A stretch of DNA of 64,000 nucleotides from Thermoanaerobaculia bacterium (GCA_044226625.1 JBGAGQ010000016.1:35804-99803), one strand, 5' to 3'. Positions 9,422-21,221 are shown, counted from the stretch's first letter. Notes: generated from the sequence alone by a model not told the origin. Numbers and translations: made by a program.

Positions 9422-10461
9422 GGCACCAGCATCACCTTGGTACATCCGTCCACCCGGCGATCGAACAGGTCGTAACCGTGCGGTCCTTCGGAAAGCGGTA
9501 GCCGATGGGAAATCATGCGCGCGAGGTCGCCCGCGCGCCGGGCGGCGATCGGCAGCAGGCGATCCATGTAGGCGCGCGCGGGGCAGCGGCCGGTGCGGTA
9601 GGTGAGGTTCTTGTCGTAGAGCTGGGCCGGGGCGAGCGCGAACGTCGGCTCGTTGTGGACGCCGACCGCCGAGATGGCTCCCCCCGTGCGCACCAGGTCG
9701 TAGGCGAGCTTCAACGCCGCGGGGCTCCCGACCGCCTCGGTCGCGCCGTCCACTCCCTGGCCGCCGGTCGCCTCCTCGATCCGCTCGACCGCGTGGGCGT
9801 CGAGCGGCACCGGCTCGGCGCCGAAACCGGCGGCGAGCGCCAGCCGCTCGGGGATCGAATCGAGCGCGAACACCCGCTCCGCCCCCAGCTCGCGGGCGCC
9901 GAGGATCGCCATCAGGCCGACCGGGCCGCAGCCGACGACGGCGATCGTCGCTCCGGGGGCAGCACCCGCCTGCTCGGCGCCGAAGGCGCCAGTCGCGAGC
10001 ACGTCGCCCGCGAGGACCGCGATCTCGTACGGCAGCTCGTCGGGGATCGGCACGAGGGTCGCGTCGGCGAGCGGCACGCGCACCAGCTCGGCCTGGGCGC
10101 CCGCCAACCCCTCCCCTTCGTGCACCCAGCCGAACAGTTGGCCGCGCTCGCAGCGCGAGGTGAGGCCCCGCTTACAGGGTGGGCAGGCGCCGCAACTGGT
10201 CGAGAACGGGCTCACCACACGGTCGCCCGGCGCGAAGCGCTCGACCGCGGAGCCCACCGCAACCACCTCGCCGGCGAGCTCGTGCCCCATCGGCGTGCCG
10301 GGATCGAGCCCCGGCTCGTGACCGCGGTAGACGTGGAGGTCCGAGCCGCACACCCCCGCCGCACCTACGGCGAGGATCGCATCGGTCGGGGCGAGGATCT
10401 TCGGATCGGCGACCTCGGAGCACGCGAGGTGGCGGACCCCTTCGAAAACGACGGCGCGCAT
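9418..10461 (-). CDS. Zn-dependent alcohol dehydrogenase (MDR family)
   Basis: CGSDLH, GHE, CGACPPC..C structural zinc site, GCGPVG nucleotide-binding motif. Confidence 0.9.
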   Translation of the reverse strand: MRAVVFEGVRHLACSEVADPKILAPTDAILAVGAAGVCGSDLHVYRGHEPGLDPGTPMGHELAGEVVAVGSAVERFAPGDRVVSPFSTSCGACPPCKRGLTSRCERGQLFGWVHEGEGLAGAQAELVRVPLADATLVPIPDELPYEIAVLAGDVLATGAFGAEQAGAAPGATIAVVGCGPVGLMAILGARELGAERVFALDSIPERLALAAGFGAEPVPLDAHAVERIEEATGGQGVDGATEAVGSPAALKLAYDLVRTGGAISAVGVHNEPTFALAPAQLYDKNLTYRTGRCPARAYMDRLLPIAARRAGDLARMISHRLPLSEGPHGYDLFDRRVDGCTKVMLVP

Positions 10462-10490
10462 AAGTGGAGTTGGGCTCGGGGGAAAAGGGG

Positions 10491-10853
10491 CTAGAACAGC
10501 TCGCTCACCAGCTCGGAGCCCGCCGCGAGCAGGCTTGCGCGGGCGCGCGCCACCTGCCCCGGATGGCGCTGCACGAGCGCCAGGCAATAGCCGTCGGGCA
10601 GCGGCAGGACGTGGATGTGCACCTGGCGCTTCTCGATGTGGATCAGCTGCGTCTTGCCCAGATGGTTGAGCGTCATGACCTTCTCGAGGTGCCGCATGTA
10701 GATGCCGAGATAGGCGCCGATCACCTGGAGGTCGTAATGGGCGATGCCGGTCGAGGCGAGATGGACCGTCTCGCCGGTGGGATCCAGGAACAGCACGCCG
10801 ATCGCGTCGTCCTGCGTGGAGAGCAAGCGGGCCAGGGTGTCTTCGAAAGCCAT
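10491..10853 (-). CDS. Roadblock/LC7 (MglB-like) domain protein
   Basis: 120 aa; IGVLFLDPTGETV and YCLALVQ...ARARASL patterns fit the roadblock fold. Confidence 0.65.
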   Translation of the reverse strand: MAFEDTLARLLSTQDDAIGVLFLDPTGETVHLASTGIAHYDLQVIGAYLGIYMRHLEKVMTLNHLGKTQLIHIEKRQVHIHVLPLPDGYCLALVQRHPGQVARARASLLAAGSELVSELF

Positions 10854-10911
10854 GAGAAAACCTCGCGCTGCGAACTCGGGCGAAAAACCTAGGCCAATCG
10901 ACTTCGGCCGA

Positions 10912-12666
10912 CTAACCTCGGGCCACCATCAATTCGAACGGCTGGGGATTGCCTTGGGGACCGGACAGGCGGGCTTCGGCCGGGCGGATCTCCCCGGCGT
11001 CGTAAGCGCGCAGGAACGCGGTGACGACCTTGGCGTCGAAGCGGCTTCCCGCGAGCTTGGTGGTCGTGTCGACCGCGAAGCTCAAATCGTAGGCCTGCTG
11101 ATAGGGACGGTTCGTGGTCACCGCGTCGAAGGTGTCGGCGACCGCGACGATGCGCGCGAACAGCGGAATCTGCTCGCCACGGAGACCGTCCGGATAGCCG
11201 CGGCCGTTCCAGCTCTCGTGGTGCCAGCGGACGGCGGGAAGGACGTCCTTGAGCTGTTCGATCGGCGACAGGATCTCGGCGCCGATCACCGTGTGGAGCT
11301 TCATCTGCTCGTATTCGTCGGGGGTGAGGACCCCCACCTTCTTCAAGATCCGGTCGTCGACGCCGATCTTGCCCACGTCGTGGAGCAGCGCGCCGATCCA
11401 GACCGTCTCGATCTGATCGTCGGTGAAGCCGAGGCGCGACGCGATCGCCCGCGAGAACGTCGCCACCCGCTCGGAGTGGCCGCGCGTATACGGGTCCTTC
11501 GCGTCGATCGCCGCGGCGAAAGCGCGCAAAGAGCCGATGAACAGATCGCGGTTCGCTTTCGCCGCCGTGCGCAGCTGCTCGACCAAGCTTTCGAGCTGAT
11601 CGCTCATGCGGTTGAAGTCTTCCGCGAGGTCGCCGAGCTCGCGCCCGATCCCTTCGGATTCCAGACGCCGCTCGAAATGCCCCTCCGCGATCTCGTGGGT
11701 GCGTAGCGCGAGCGTCTGGATCGGCCGGCTCGCCCGGCGGGCCGAGAGATAGGCGACGGCGAGCGCCATGCCGATCAGGACGAGCGTCGAGGCGATGGTG
11801 TTCCATACCATCTTCCGGACCATCTCGAAGGCGAGCCGCGCGGGCTTCTGGACCACCACGCCCCAGCCGCTCTCGCGCACGCTGCTCACCTGCGCGAGGT
11901 AGCGCTGCGGCTTGCCGCCGGCCGCGACCACGTACTCCTTGGTGAGATCGAGCGGGCGGTTCTTGAAATCGACCAGCACCTTGGAGGCGACGAGCGCGCG
12001 CGTCGTCTCGGGAGTCAGCCCGCGAGACCAGAGGATGCTCCCCGCCTCGTCGATCAGCGCGATCGCGCCGGACCTGCTCGCCTCTTCCCGATAGAGGTTC
12101 GCGGCGGGGGTGAACGCGAACAGGGCGACCATGACGAGGCGCGGCGCGGCCGCCGGCACGGGCACCGCGAGGGCGGCCACCGGGTTCTTCTGCTCGCCGC
12201 GGACGAAGACATAAGTGGGCTTGCGGTGCGAGAGCGCCTTTCGGAACGCGATGTCGACCGCCTCACCCCGCGCCGGCGAGAGCGTCGGGAGCAGCGCGTG
12301 TCCCGAGGGGTCGAGCACGCCGATCACGTCCGCCGCCGAGGTGCGGGTGACGTCGGCGAGGTAGGGCGCGACCCAGGGCTGCTGGAGCCGCGCGAGCGCG
12401 TCGTCCGGGCCGGGGGTCGCGAGCAGCACCTGTCCGACGAGCGTGAGCTCCCGCCGCGTCGCCGCGAGGTCGGCGTCGACCTGCCGCGACAGGGCACCCA
12501 CCTCGCGGATCAGCACGTCGCGCTCGGCGTTCTGGATCAGGCCGCGGTTTTGGAGCAGGAGCAGGGCCCCCGAGAGGACCAAGGGGAGGATGCCAGAGAG
12601 CAGCAGGAGGAAAAAGAAGACCGATCGCAGCGACAGGCGGCGAAATAGGCTGCGAGGAGAGGTCAT
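10912..12666 (-). CDS. Membrane sensor HD-GYP phosphodiesterase (periplasmic Cache-like domain, HAMP, HD-GYP)
   Basis: Two TM segments; HAMP ELGDLAEDFNRM; KDPYTRGHSERV, LLHDVGKIG, HHESWNGRGYPDGL, RPY. Confidence 0.9.
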   Translation of the reverse strand: MTSPRSLFRRLSLRSVFFFLLLLSGILPLVLSGALLLLQNRGLIQNAERDVLIREVGALSRQVDADLAATRRELTLVGQVLLATPGPDDALARLQQPWVAPYLADVTRTSAADVIGVLDPSGHALLPTLSPARGEAVDIAFRKALSHRKPTYVFVRGEQKNPVAALAVPVPAAAPRLVMVALFAFTPAANLYREEASRSGAIALIDEAGSILWSRGLTPETTRALVASKVLVDFKNRPLDLTKEYVVAAGGKPQRYLAQVSSVRESGWGVVVQKPARLAFEMVRKMVWNTIASTLVLIGMALAVAYLSARRASRPIQTLALRTHEIAEGHFERRLESEGIGRELGDLAEDFNRMSDQLESLVEQLRTAAKANRDLFIGSLRAFAAAIDAKDPYTRGHSERVATFSRAIASRLGFTDDQIETVWIGALLHDVGKIGVDDRILKKVGVLTPDEYEQMKLHTVIGAEILSPIEQLKDVLPAVRWHHESWNGRGYPDGLRGEQIPLFARIVAVADTFDAVTTNRPYQQAYDLSFAVDTTTKLAGSRFDAKVVTAFLRAYDAGEIRPAEARLSGPQGNPQPFELMVARG

Positions 12667-12712
12667 GCGCTCAGGCTGCCGGGTTCTTCGTTCCAGTGTT
12701 CCAAAGCACGCA

Positions 12713-13876
12713 TTATAGACGACTTGTCGCCTTCCGGGCGGCCCCCTGCATTCGATCCGCCCTCCCATCGTCGGCCCAGGGCTCGCTCAGGAACGGGGCG
12801 AGCTCCGCCTCGATTTCGGCGGTCTCGATCCGAGGCTCGATCCACCCGTGCCCCAGGCGATCCATGAGAACCCAGGCGAGGCCCCCCTCCACCGCCTTCT
12901 TATCGCGCGCCATGAGCGCGAGCAGCTCCCGGGGCGGCAGTGGCGGCAGCGGCGGCAGATCGAGCCGTGCGAGCAGGGCGCGGAGCCGGCCGGCGTCCTC
13001 GGCAGGGAGGCCGCGCGCTTCCGACAGCCGCAACGCGAAGAGGATGCCGTAGGCGACCGCCTCGCCGTGGCGCAGGGCCGAGAAGCCGAGCGCCGCCTCG
13101 ATCGCGTGACCCAGGGTATGGCCGAAATTGAGCAGCCGGCGGTCCCCCTCCTCGGCCGGATCGCGCTCCACCACCGCGACCTTCGCCGCCGCGGCCGCCG
13201 CGACCACGGGACCGAGCGGCTCCGGACGGCCGGCGAGCAGGTCGGGCAAGCGGCTCTCGATCTGGGTCAGGAGATCGAGATCGAGCGTCGCACCCATCTT
13301 GATCGCCTCGACCAGACCCGAGCGCAGCTCGGCGCGCGGCAGGGTCTGAAGCAAATCCGTGTCGGCGATCACCCGCTCCGGGTGGTGGAACAGGCCGACC
13401 AGATTCTTGCCCTCCGGCAGGTCGATCCCCGTCTTGCCGCCGATCGACGCGTCGACCTGGGCGAGCAGCGTAGTCGGCAGCTGCGCGAAGTCGAGCCCAC
13501 GCAGGAAACAGCCGGCCGCGAAACCCGCGAGGTCGCCGACGCTGCCGCCGCCGAACGCGAGCACGCGGCTGTCCCGCTTGCCTCCGGCAAGCGCCATGCG
13601 GCGCCACAGGCCGTCCAGCACCTCGGTGGATTTGGCCGCTTCGCCGTCGGGGATCTCGAGCACCTCGCAGCGCCGCGCCCGGCCGCAGAGGGGCCCGAGG
13701 CGATGGCCGTGCAGCTCCAACAACGGGCGGCTGGAGACCAGGAAGACGGTCCGCCCTTCGACGAACGGCGCCGCGGACTCGGCCGCTTCGAGCAGCGCCC
13801 CGGGTCCGATCGAGATCGCGGTGACGCCGGAGCCGCCGCGGCCGTGGGCGAGGGTGGATCGAACGATGCGGTTCAT
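12713..13876 (-). CDS. aroB: 3-dehydroquinate synthase
   Basis: GGGSVGDLAGFAA, PTTLLAQVDASIGGKTG, LNFGHTLGHAIE, HGEAVAYG. Start at MNRIVRS inside the longer ORF. Confidence 0.95.
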   Translation of the reverse strand: MNRIVRSTLAHGRGGSGVTAISIGPGALLEAAESAAPFVEGRTVFLVSSRPLLELHGHRLGPLCGRARRCEVLEIPDGEAAKSTEVLDGLWRRMALAGGKRDSRVLAFGGGSVGDLAGFAAGCFLRGLDFAQLPTTLLAQVDASIGGKTGIDLPEGKNLVGLFHHPERVIADTDLLQTLPRAELRSGLVEAIKMGATLDLDLLTQIESRLPDLLAGRPEPLGPVVAAAAAAKVAVVERDPAEEGDRRLLNFGHTLGHAIEAALGFSALRHGEAVAYGILFALRLSEARGLPAEDAGRLRALLARLDLPPLPPLPPRELLALMARDKKAVEGGLAWVLMDRLGHGWIEPRIETAEIEAELAPFLSEPWADDGRADRMQGAARKATSRL

Positions 13877-13887
13877 ATCCGGCGCGC

Positions 13888-15264
13888 TCACGGTTCGAAC
13901 AGGCTCGCCGCCGAGCCGCCCTGTTTGACGTTGACCGGACCGCCGACGCGCGCCGGCTGCAGACGCAGGAACGTGCCGCCGAAGCGCCCGCCCAAGGCGA
14001 ACGGCCCCCAGATCAGGTCGTGCGGCTCGACGCCGGTGGGAGAGAGAGCGAGAAAGCCGCGCGAAGGGACGTACTCCTGGACGATCCAGAGTCCCTTCTC
14101 GAGAGCCGTGTCGATCGCTTCCTTCCAGCGCTCCTCCGTGCTCACGCGGCCGACCACGACGTCCTGGCCGCCGAGCGAACGGCACGACTTGAGCACCAGG
14201 TCCTCGCGTCGCTCGGCGAGCAACTCGAGCAGGTCCCAGTCCCGGCCGTCGAAATGCACCTCGCGTCGCGCGACCAGCCGCGTCCAGGGGAGGTGCCGGC
14301 GAAGCAGCTCGCGCTCCTCGGGGGCGAACCGCTCGGATTCCTGGTTCTCCGACAGCAGGGCGAGGTTGTTCTTGCCCGCGAGGATCGAGCGGATCGGTCC
14401 GTTGAACAGCACCAGCTCCCCCGCCGCGGCGAGCGGATACGCGGCGGGATGCGTCCATTTCGGTGTCATCTCGAGCAGGCCGTGGATTCGCCGGCCGTCG
14501 GCATGGAGCGCTCCATCCTGCTCGTAGAGGTCCTCGATCAGGTTCAGATGGAGCCTGCCGGACGTCGGGACCTCGCGCTCCACGAGCGCTGCCTCGAACT
14601 CGCTTTGGAACAGCTCCCCCAGCCCGTGCTCCAGTCTCTGAACGAGCAGCATCGAGAGATTGAGATAGCCCTCCCCGCCGAGGCCAAGACGCGCCGCCTC
14701 GTCGAGGAAATGGTGGAAGATCTCGCGCGTGGTGTTCCGTTGCGCGGTCCACGGGATCCCTTCGCGCTCGAAAAATGCCCGCAGCTCCGGCACGCGCTCG
14801 TACCGCTCGGCGCGGAATCTCGATTCGCCGCCGCCGATGCGGGCGCCGAAGTTGAACTCCAGGCATTTGAACCCCTGGTCCGACCAGACGAGATCGGCGC
14901 GGCCGAGGGCGGAATCAAGGCCGTTCGGCGGCTCGAGCAGGAGCTCGGCGAACAGCGGGTCGAGATCGTAATGGGCGGCGATCCGCTCCGGATCGTTGTC
15001 GAAGATGCGCTCCGGGATGAGGCGATGGAGCCGCGACAGCCCCATCGTCACCCGCTCGATCTCGGCCAGCGTCTCGGGACCGGCGAAGGACGGCCACGGG
15101 TGGAGGAGTCCCGTGTAGTAGAGCACCGCGGGCTCTTTGAAGCCGCAGCTCATCAGGTAGTCGAGGTCGAGACACCGCGGGTTGGCCATCGCGTAATCGC
15201 GAAAGCGGACGTCGACGGGCGAAAGCTCTGTGTGGTTTGCGAGCAGCTTGTCGGTCCAGGCCAT
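13888..15264 (-). CDS. Circularly permuted ATP-grasp / glutathionylspermidine-synthase-like ligase, paralog 2
   Basis: Start MAWTDKLLAN; RADLVW..GFKCLEFNFG..IGG, LVLKS...GG.DV, WIVQEYV, GPFALGGRFGGTFLR. Confidence 0.7.
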   Translation of the reverse strand: MAWTDKLLANHTELSPVDVRFRDYAMANPRCLDLDYLMSCGFKEPAVLYYTGLLHPWPSFAGPETLAEIERVTMGLSRLHRLIPERIFDNDPERIAAHYDLDPLFAELLLEPPNGLDSALGRADLVWSDQGFKCLEFNFGARIGGGESRFRAERYERVPELRAFFEREGIPWTAQRNTTREIFHHFLDEAARLGLGGEGYLNLSMLLVQRLEHGLGELFQSEFEAALVEREVPTSGRLHLNLIEDLYEQDGALHADGRRIHGLLEMTPKWTHPAAYPLAAAGELVLFNGPIRSILAGKNNLALLSENQESERFAPEERELLRRHLPWTRLVARREVHFDGRDWDLLELLAERREDLVLKSCRSLGGQDVVVGRVSTEERWKEAIDTALEKGLWIVQEYVPSRGFLALSPTGVEPHDLIWGPFALGGRFGGTFLRLQPARVGGPVNVKQGGSAASLFEP

Positions 15265-15275
15265 CGGAGCCCCTC

Positions 15276-16649
15276 TCAAACCTCGTACATGCTCGAGGCC
15301 GATCCGAGCTGGCTGACGTTGATCGCGCCGCCGACGCGGCTCGGCTGGAGACGCAGGAAGTTGCCGCCGAAACGCTTGCCGAACGCGAACGGCCCCCAGA
15401 TCAGATCGTGCGGCTCGACTCCGCGATCGGACAGCGCCAGGTAGCGCTTCGACTCGACGAAGCGCTGGGCGATCCAGAGCCCGCTCGCAAACGCCTTCTC
15501 GATCGTTGCGCGCCACTCCTCCGGCGAACAGGACCGGCCGATCGCGACGTCCTTGCCGCCGATCGATCGGCTCGACTTGAGCACCAGGTCGGCTTGGCGC
15601 TCGACGAGCAGCTCCGCCATGTCCCAGCTCTTGCCGTCGAGCTCGACCTCGGTTCGTTCGACCATCCGCGTCCAGGGCAGGTGGGCTCGAAGCAACGCGC
15701 GCTCCTCCGGCGTGAAGCGGTCGCTCTCCTGGTGCTCCGACAGGAGCGCCAGGTTTTGCTTGCCGGCGAGGATCGAATGGATCGGCCCGTTGAACAGCAC
15801 CAGCTCCCCCGCCGCGGCGAGCGGGTAGGCGGCCGGATGGGTCCCTTGGACCGTCATCTCGACCAGCCCGTGGATGCGCAGGTCGTCGAGCCGCAGGACG
15901 CCGCCGACCTCGCGTAGCTCGTGGGTACGGCAGACGTACAGCCGGCCGGACAGCGGCAGCAGGGAATCGCGGATCGCGGCGTCGTACTCGACCCGGAAGC
16001 GTTCGTCCATTCCGAACAACACATCCCAGTCGACCAGGAGAGCGAGGTTGAGCGTCCCTTCGCGGCCGAGCCCGAGGCGCAGCGCCTCCTCGAAGAAATG
16101 CGCGTACATCTCGCGCACCGGGTCGAGGTTCGCCCAAGCGATCCCCTCGCGAGCGAAGAATTCCCGCAGCTCGGGCACCTGCTGGTACATCTCGGTGCGA
16201 TACCCCGCCTCGGTGCCGCCCAGCCGCGAGCCGAAGTTGAACTCCAGGCACTGCAGCCCTTCCTCGCCCCATACCAGGTCGGCGCGCGACAGCGCGGAGT
16301 CGAGCCCGTTGGGCGGCTCGATCAGCAGCTCGGCGAACAGCGGGTCGAGGTCGTAGTACTCCGCGATCCGCTCCGGGTCGTTGTCGAAGATCCGCTCCGG
16401 GATCAGCCGGTGTAGGCGCGACAGCTCCATCGTCACCCGCTCGAGCTCGGCGCGCGCTTTCGAGCCGACGAAGAAGGGCCAGGGATGGAGGCCGCCGGTG
16501 TAGAAGATCGACTCCGGCTCTTCGAAGCCGAAGCCGCGCAGATACGGCAGGTCGCAGCACTTCGGGTTCGCCAGGGCGAACTCGCGGAAGCGGACGTCGA
16601 CCTCGGACAGATCGGAGTGGTTGGTTCGGAGCTCGTCGGTCCAGGCCAT
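15276..16649 (-). CDS. Circularly permuted ATP-grasp / glutathionylspermidine-synthase-like ligase, paralog 1
   Basis: RADLVW..GLQCLEFNFG..LGG, LVLKS..IGG.DV, WIAQRFV, GPFAFGKRFGGNFLR. Colinear with the downstream paralog. Confidence 0.7.
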   Translation of the reverse strand: MAWTDELRTNHSDLSEVDVRFREFALANPKCCDLPYLRGFGFEEPESIFYTGGLHPWPFFVGSKARAELERVTMELSRLHRLIPERIFDNDPERIAEYYDLDPLFAELLIEPPNGLDSALSRADLVWGEEGLQCLEFNFGSRLGGTEAGYRTEMYQQVPELREFFAREGIAWANLDPVREMYAHFFEEALRLGLGREGTLNLALLVDWDVLFGMDERFRVEYDAAIRDSLLPLSGRLYVCRTHELREVGGVLRLDDLRIHGLVEMTVQGTHPAAYPLAAAGELVLFNGPIHSILAGKQNLALLSEHQESDRFTPEERALLRAHLPWTRMVERTEVELDGKSWDMAELLVERQADLVLKSSRSIGGKDVAIGRSCSPEEWRATIEKAFASGLWIAQRFVESKRYLALSDRGVEPHDLIWGPFAFGKRFGGNFLRLQPSRVGGAINVSQLGSASSMYEV

Positions 16650-16658
16650 CGGGAGCCC

Positions 16659-18452
<1,794 letters not shown>

Positions 18453-18558
18453 CGTAGGGACCTTTCCATGGTCTGAGGCCGTCCGCCGCTTCGCTGCGCT
18501 GGGTTACGGTCGGACGCCATCGAAATGCGATTCGAAGAAAGTCTGTCGGGCTCCAATT

Positions 18559-19113
18559 TTACGCGTCGCCCACCGGGTCGAGCACGCTCGGGGTGGGCGT
18601 GAGCTCCAATCGATAGCGCTCCTTGAGCGCCGCGTAGCGCGCGGCGATGGCCCGGATCTCGTCGCGCTCGGCGTCCGAGAGCGACCGTACGGGCCGGGCG
18701 GGAATGCCGAGCGCGAGCATCCCCGAGGGGATCCGATGCCCGGGGGCCACCACGGCGCCCGCACCGATCTGCGCACCGCTCTCGACCACGGCGCCGTCGA
18801 GGACCCGCGCGCCGATGCCGATCAGAGCGCCGTCTTCGACCGTGCAGCCGTGGACGACCGCCTGGTGGCCGATCACGACATCGGCGCCGATCGACAGGGG
18901 GAACCGCTCCTGGGTCACGTGGAGCACCGCCCCGTCCTGGACGTTGGTGCGTGCGCCGACGCGGATCCAATGGACGTCGCCGCGCGCCACGGTGTGGAAC
19001 CAGAACGAGACGTCGTCGCCCAGCTCCACGTCACCCGCCACGTGGGCCGACGGGGCGAGCCACACGCGCGCGCCGAGGCGCGGCCGGCGCCCCAGGAACG
19101 AATGGATCGGCAT
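18559..19113 (-). CDS. Gamma carbonic anhydrase family (hexapeptide-repeat) protein
   Basis: RGDVHWIRVG..TNVQDGAVLH, IGHQAVVHGC. Confidence 0.9.
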   Translation of the reverse strand: MPIHSFLGRRPRLGARVWLAPSAHVAGDVELGDDVSFWFHTVARGDVHWIRVGARTNVQDGAVLHVTQERFPLSIGADVVIGHQAVVHGCTVEDGALIGIGARVLDGAVVESGAQIGAGAVVAPGHRIPSGMLALGIPARPVRSLSDAERDEIRAIAARYAALKERYRLELTPTPSVLDPVGDA

Positions 19114-19116
19114 GCG

Positions 19117-19725
19117 CTACCGGCCCGGCTTCGGGCTCGGCGCGGGCTTGGCCGCCGGGGCCGCGGGAGCCGGCACCGGCTGGGCCGAGAGCAGGATACG
19201 CTCGTAGAGCGCGCGCTGCTTCGGGAAGTCCGCCTGCTTCGCCTGGCCCACGAAGTCCACGCTGGTCTTCGGCAGCGGCAGCTTGAGCGTCAGGCTCGAT
19301 CGCGCCTCGGCGTCCTTGCCGCGATCGACCTGCACCAACACGCCGCGCACCCCGTGCACGTCGCGCACGGCGACCACGTTCGCCTTCCAGGCGTCGTCCT
19401 TGGCGTCGTTCGCGCGGATCGCCGCCGCGACCGAATCGGGATCGGCGAGCGAGACGGTCGAAATCCGAACGTAGACGAAGCGCGGATCTTCATTCGGCTT
19501 GGCGTCCGCCGGTCCGATCCAAAGCCCCGGATCGTTCGGCACCTGGCGCGCGGTCCAGCCGTCGGGCACCTCGATCGTGTACGGGAACGGAAACTGCGGG
19601 CTCGCGCTCGGCAGGGTCAGGCGATGGAATTTGGCCGGCAGTCCGTCGGCCGCCGTAGCGTTCGAAGCCAGCGCGCACAGGCTCAAACCGGCACAGAGTA
19701 GGAAGGCGGAGGAAACGCGAGACAT
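19117..19725 (-). CDS. Secreted hypothetical protein
   Basis: GAGGAG RBS; signal peptide MSRVSSAFLLCAGLSLCALASNATA; Pro/Ala-rich tail. Confidence 0.65.
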   Translation of the reverse strand: MSRVSSAFLLCAGLSLCALASNATAADGLPAKFHRLTLPSASPQFPFPYTIEVPDGWTARQVPNDPGLWIGPADAKPNEDPRFVYVRISTVSLADPDSVAAAIRANDAKDDAWKANVVAVRDVHGVRGVLVQVDRGKDAEARSSLTLKLPLPKTSVDFVGQAKQADFPKQRALYERILLSAQPVPAPAAPAAKPAPSPKPGR

Positions 19726-19947
19726 GAAGCTCCTCGTTGGGCCTGGGGGCGGATACGTCCGAAATCGAATCGTCCGGCGCCCGCCCCGACCGGGCCGGGT
19801 GTTCCGCGGCCGGAAGGGATCCCGCGGCTCGCGCGAGCATGGCATAAAATCCGGCGCCGTCCAACGCGGCCGGCGTCAGCGCGCGGGGCTCCGAGCAGCC
19901 GGCGCGCGGCCCCAGCCCGGCCCGCGGCGCCATCGAGAACCCACCCG

Positions 19948-20673
19948 ATGAATCTCCCTGCCGCGATCGACGTCGTCATCCCCGCGCTCAACGAAGAGAA
20001 ATCGCTGCCGCGGGTGCTCGCCGCCATTCCACGCCCCCCCGTCCGGCGAGTGGTCGTCGCCGACAACGGCTCCGTCGATCGTACTGCCGCCGTCGCCGCC
20101 GAGGGTGGCGCGATCGTCGTGCCGGCGGTGCGCCGCGGTTACGGCAGCGCCTGCCTGGCGGCGCTCGGCCATCTGAGATCCCACGAACCACCGGACGTCG
20201 TGGTCTTCCTCGACGCCGACTACTCGGACCATCCCGAGGAGCTGCCGGACGTCGTCGCCCCGATTCTCGCCGGACGGGCCGACGTGGTGATCGGCTCGCG
20301 CATCCTCGGCCGGCGCGAGAAAGGGGCCCTTCTCCCCCAGGCGCGCGCCGGCAACCTCGTCGCTTGCTGGATGATCCGCCTGCTCTACGGCCACCGATAC
20401 ACCGACCTCGGACCGTTCCGCGCCGCGCGCTGGGACGCGCTCGAGCGGGTCGCGATGTCCGATCCGAACTTCGGCTGGACCGCCGAGCTGCAGGTCAAAG
20501 CGCTGCGCGCGGGCCTCCGCGTCGTCGAGGTGCCGGTCTCCTACCGCAAGCGCGTCGGCGTCTCGAAGATCACCGGCACCCTGCGAGGGACGATCGGCGC
20601 CGGTGCGAAAATCCTCTGGACCGTCCTCCGCTACAGCCGAGGTCCGTTGGGGCCTCCCCGGCCATCACCATAG
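19948..20673 (+). CDS. GT2 glycosyltransferase (polyprenol-phosphate glycosyltransferase/DPM1-like)
   Basis: VIPALNEE, DNGSVD, FLDADYSD, DLGPFRA, EVPVSYRKR. Confidence 0.9.
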   Translation: MNLPAAIDVVIPALNEEKSLPRVLAAIPRPPVRRVVVADNGSVDRTAAVAAEGGAIVVPAVRRGYGSACLAALGHLRSHEPPDVVVFLDADYSDHPEELPDVVAPILAGRADVVIGSRILGRREKGALLPQARAGNLVACWMIRLLYGHRYTDLGPFRAARWDALERVAMSDPNFGWTAELQVKALRAGLRVVEVPVSYRKRVGVSKITGTLRGTIGAGAKILWTVLRYSRGPLGPPRPSP

Positions 20674-20739
20674 CTTCTCTCGAGACCGCTCCCGATAAAC
20701 TCTCCCCGCTCGGCGCCGTCCGCCCCGGAGATCCACCGC

Positions 20740-21168
20740 ATGCCCGAACCCGTCCGCTCCACGATCGACGTCGAGGTCCGCTATGCCGAGACCGACCAGA
20801 TGGGCGTCGTCCACCACGCCAACTACATCATCTGGTTCGAGCTCGCCCGCACCCGGATCTGCGAAATGTCCGGCTTCCATTACGCCGAGATCGAGCGGAT
20901 GGGCTACTTGCTGATGGTCACCGGCGTCTCGGCCCGCTATCGCCGCTCGGCCCGTTACGGCGACACGGTGCAGGTCACCTGCTGGGGCGAGCATCTCGGA
21001 AGCCGCGGCATCCGTTTCGCGTACGAGGTCCACAAGGGGACGGAGCTGTTGGTCACCGGCACCTCCGAGCACGTCTGGATCGACAAGGCGACCGCCCGCC
21101 CGTGCCGCATGCCGGAGGCGTTCCGGGAATCGTTCGAGCGCCTCGCGGGCAAGCTCGCGGCCGAATAA
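20740..21168 (+). CDS. Acyl-CoA thioesterase (YbgC/4HBT hot-dog fold)
   Basis: VRYAETDQMGVVHHANYIIWFELAR. Confidence 0.9.
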   Translation: MPEPVRSTIDVEVRYAETDQMGVVHHANYIIWFELARTRICEMSGFHYAEIERMGYLLMVTGVSARYRRSARYGDTVQVTCWGEHLGSRGIRFAYEVHKGTELLVTGTSEHVWIDKATARPCRMPEAFRESFERLAGKLAAE

Positions 21169-21221
21169 ATAACGGAATCGTCGACCGAAGCCCGGCTCCC
21201 CCGCCGGAGGACTCGGGCCGG

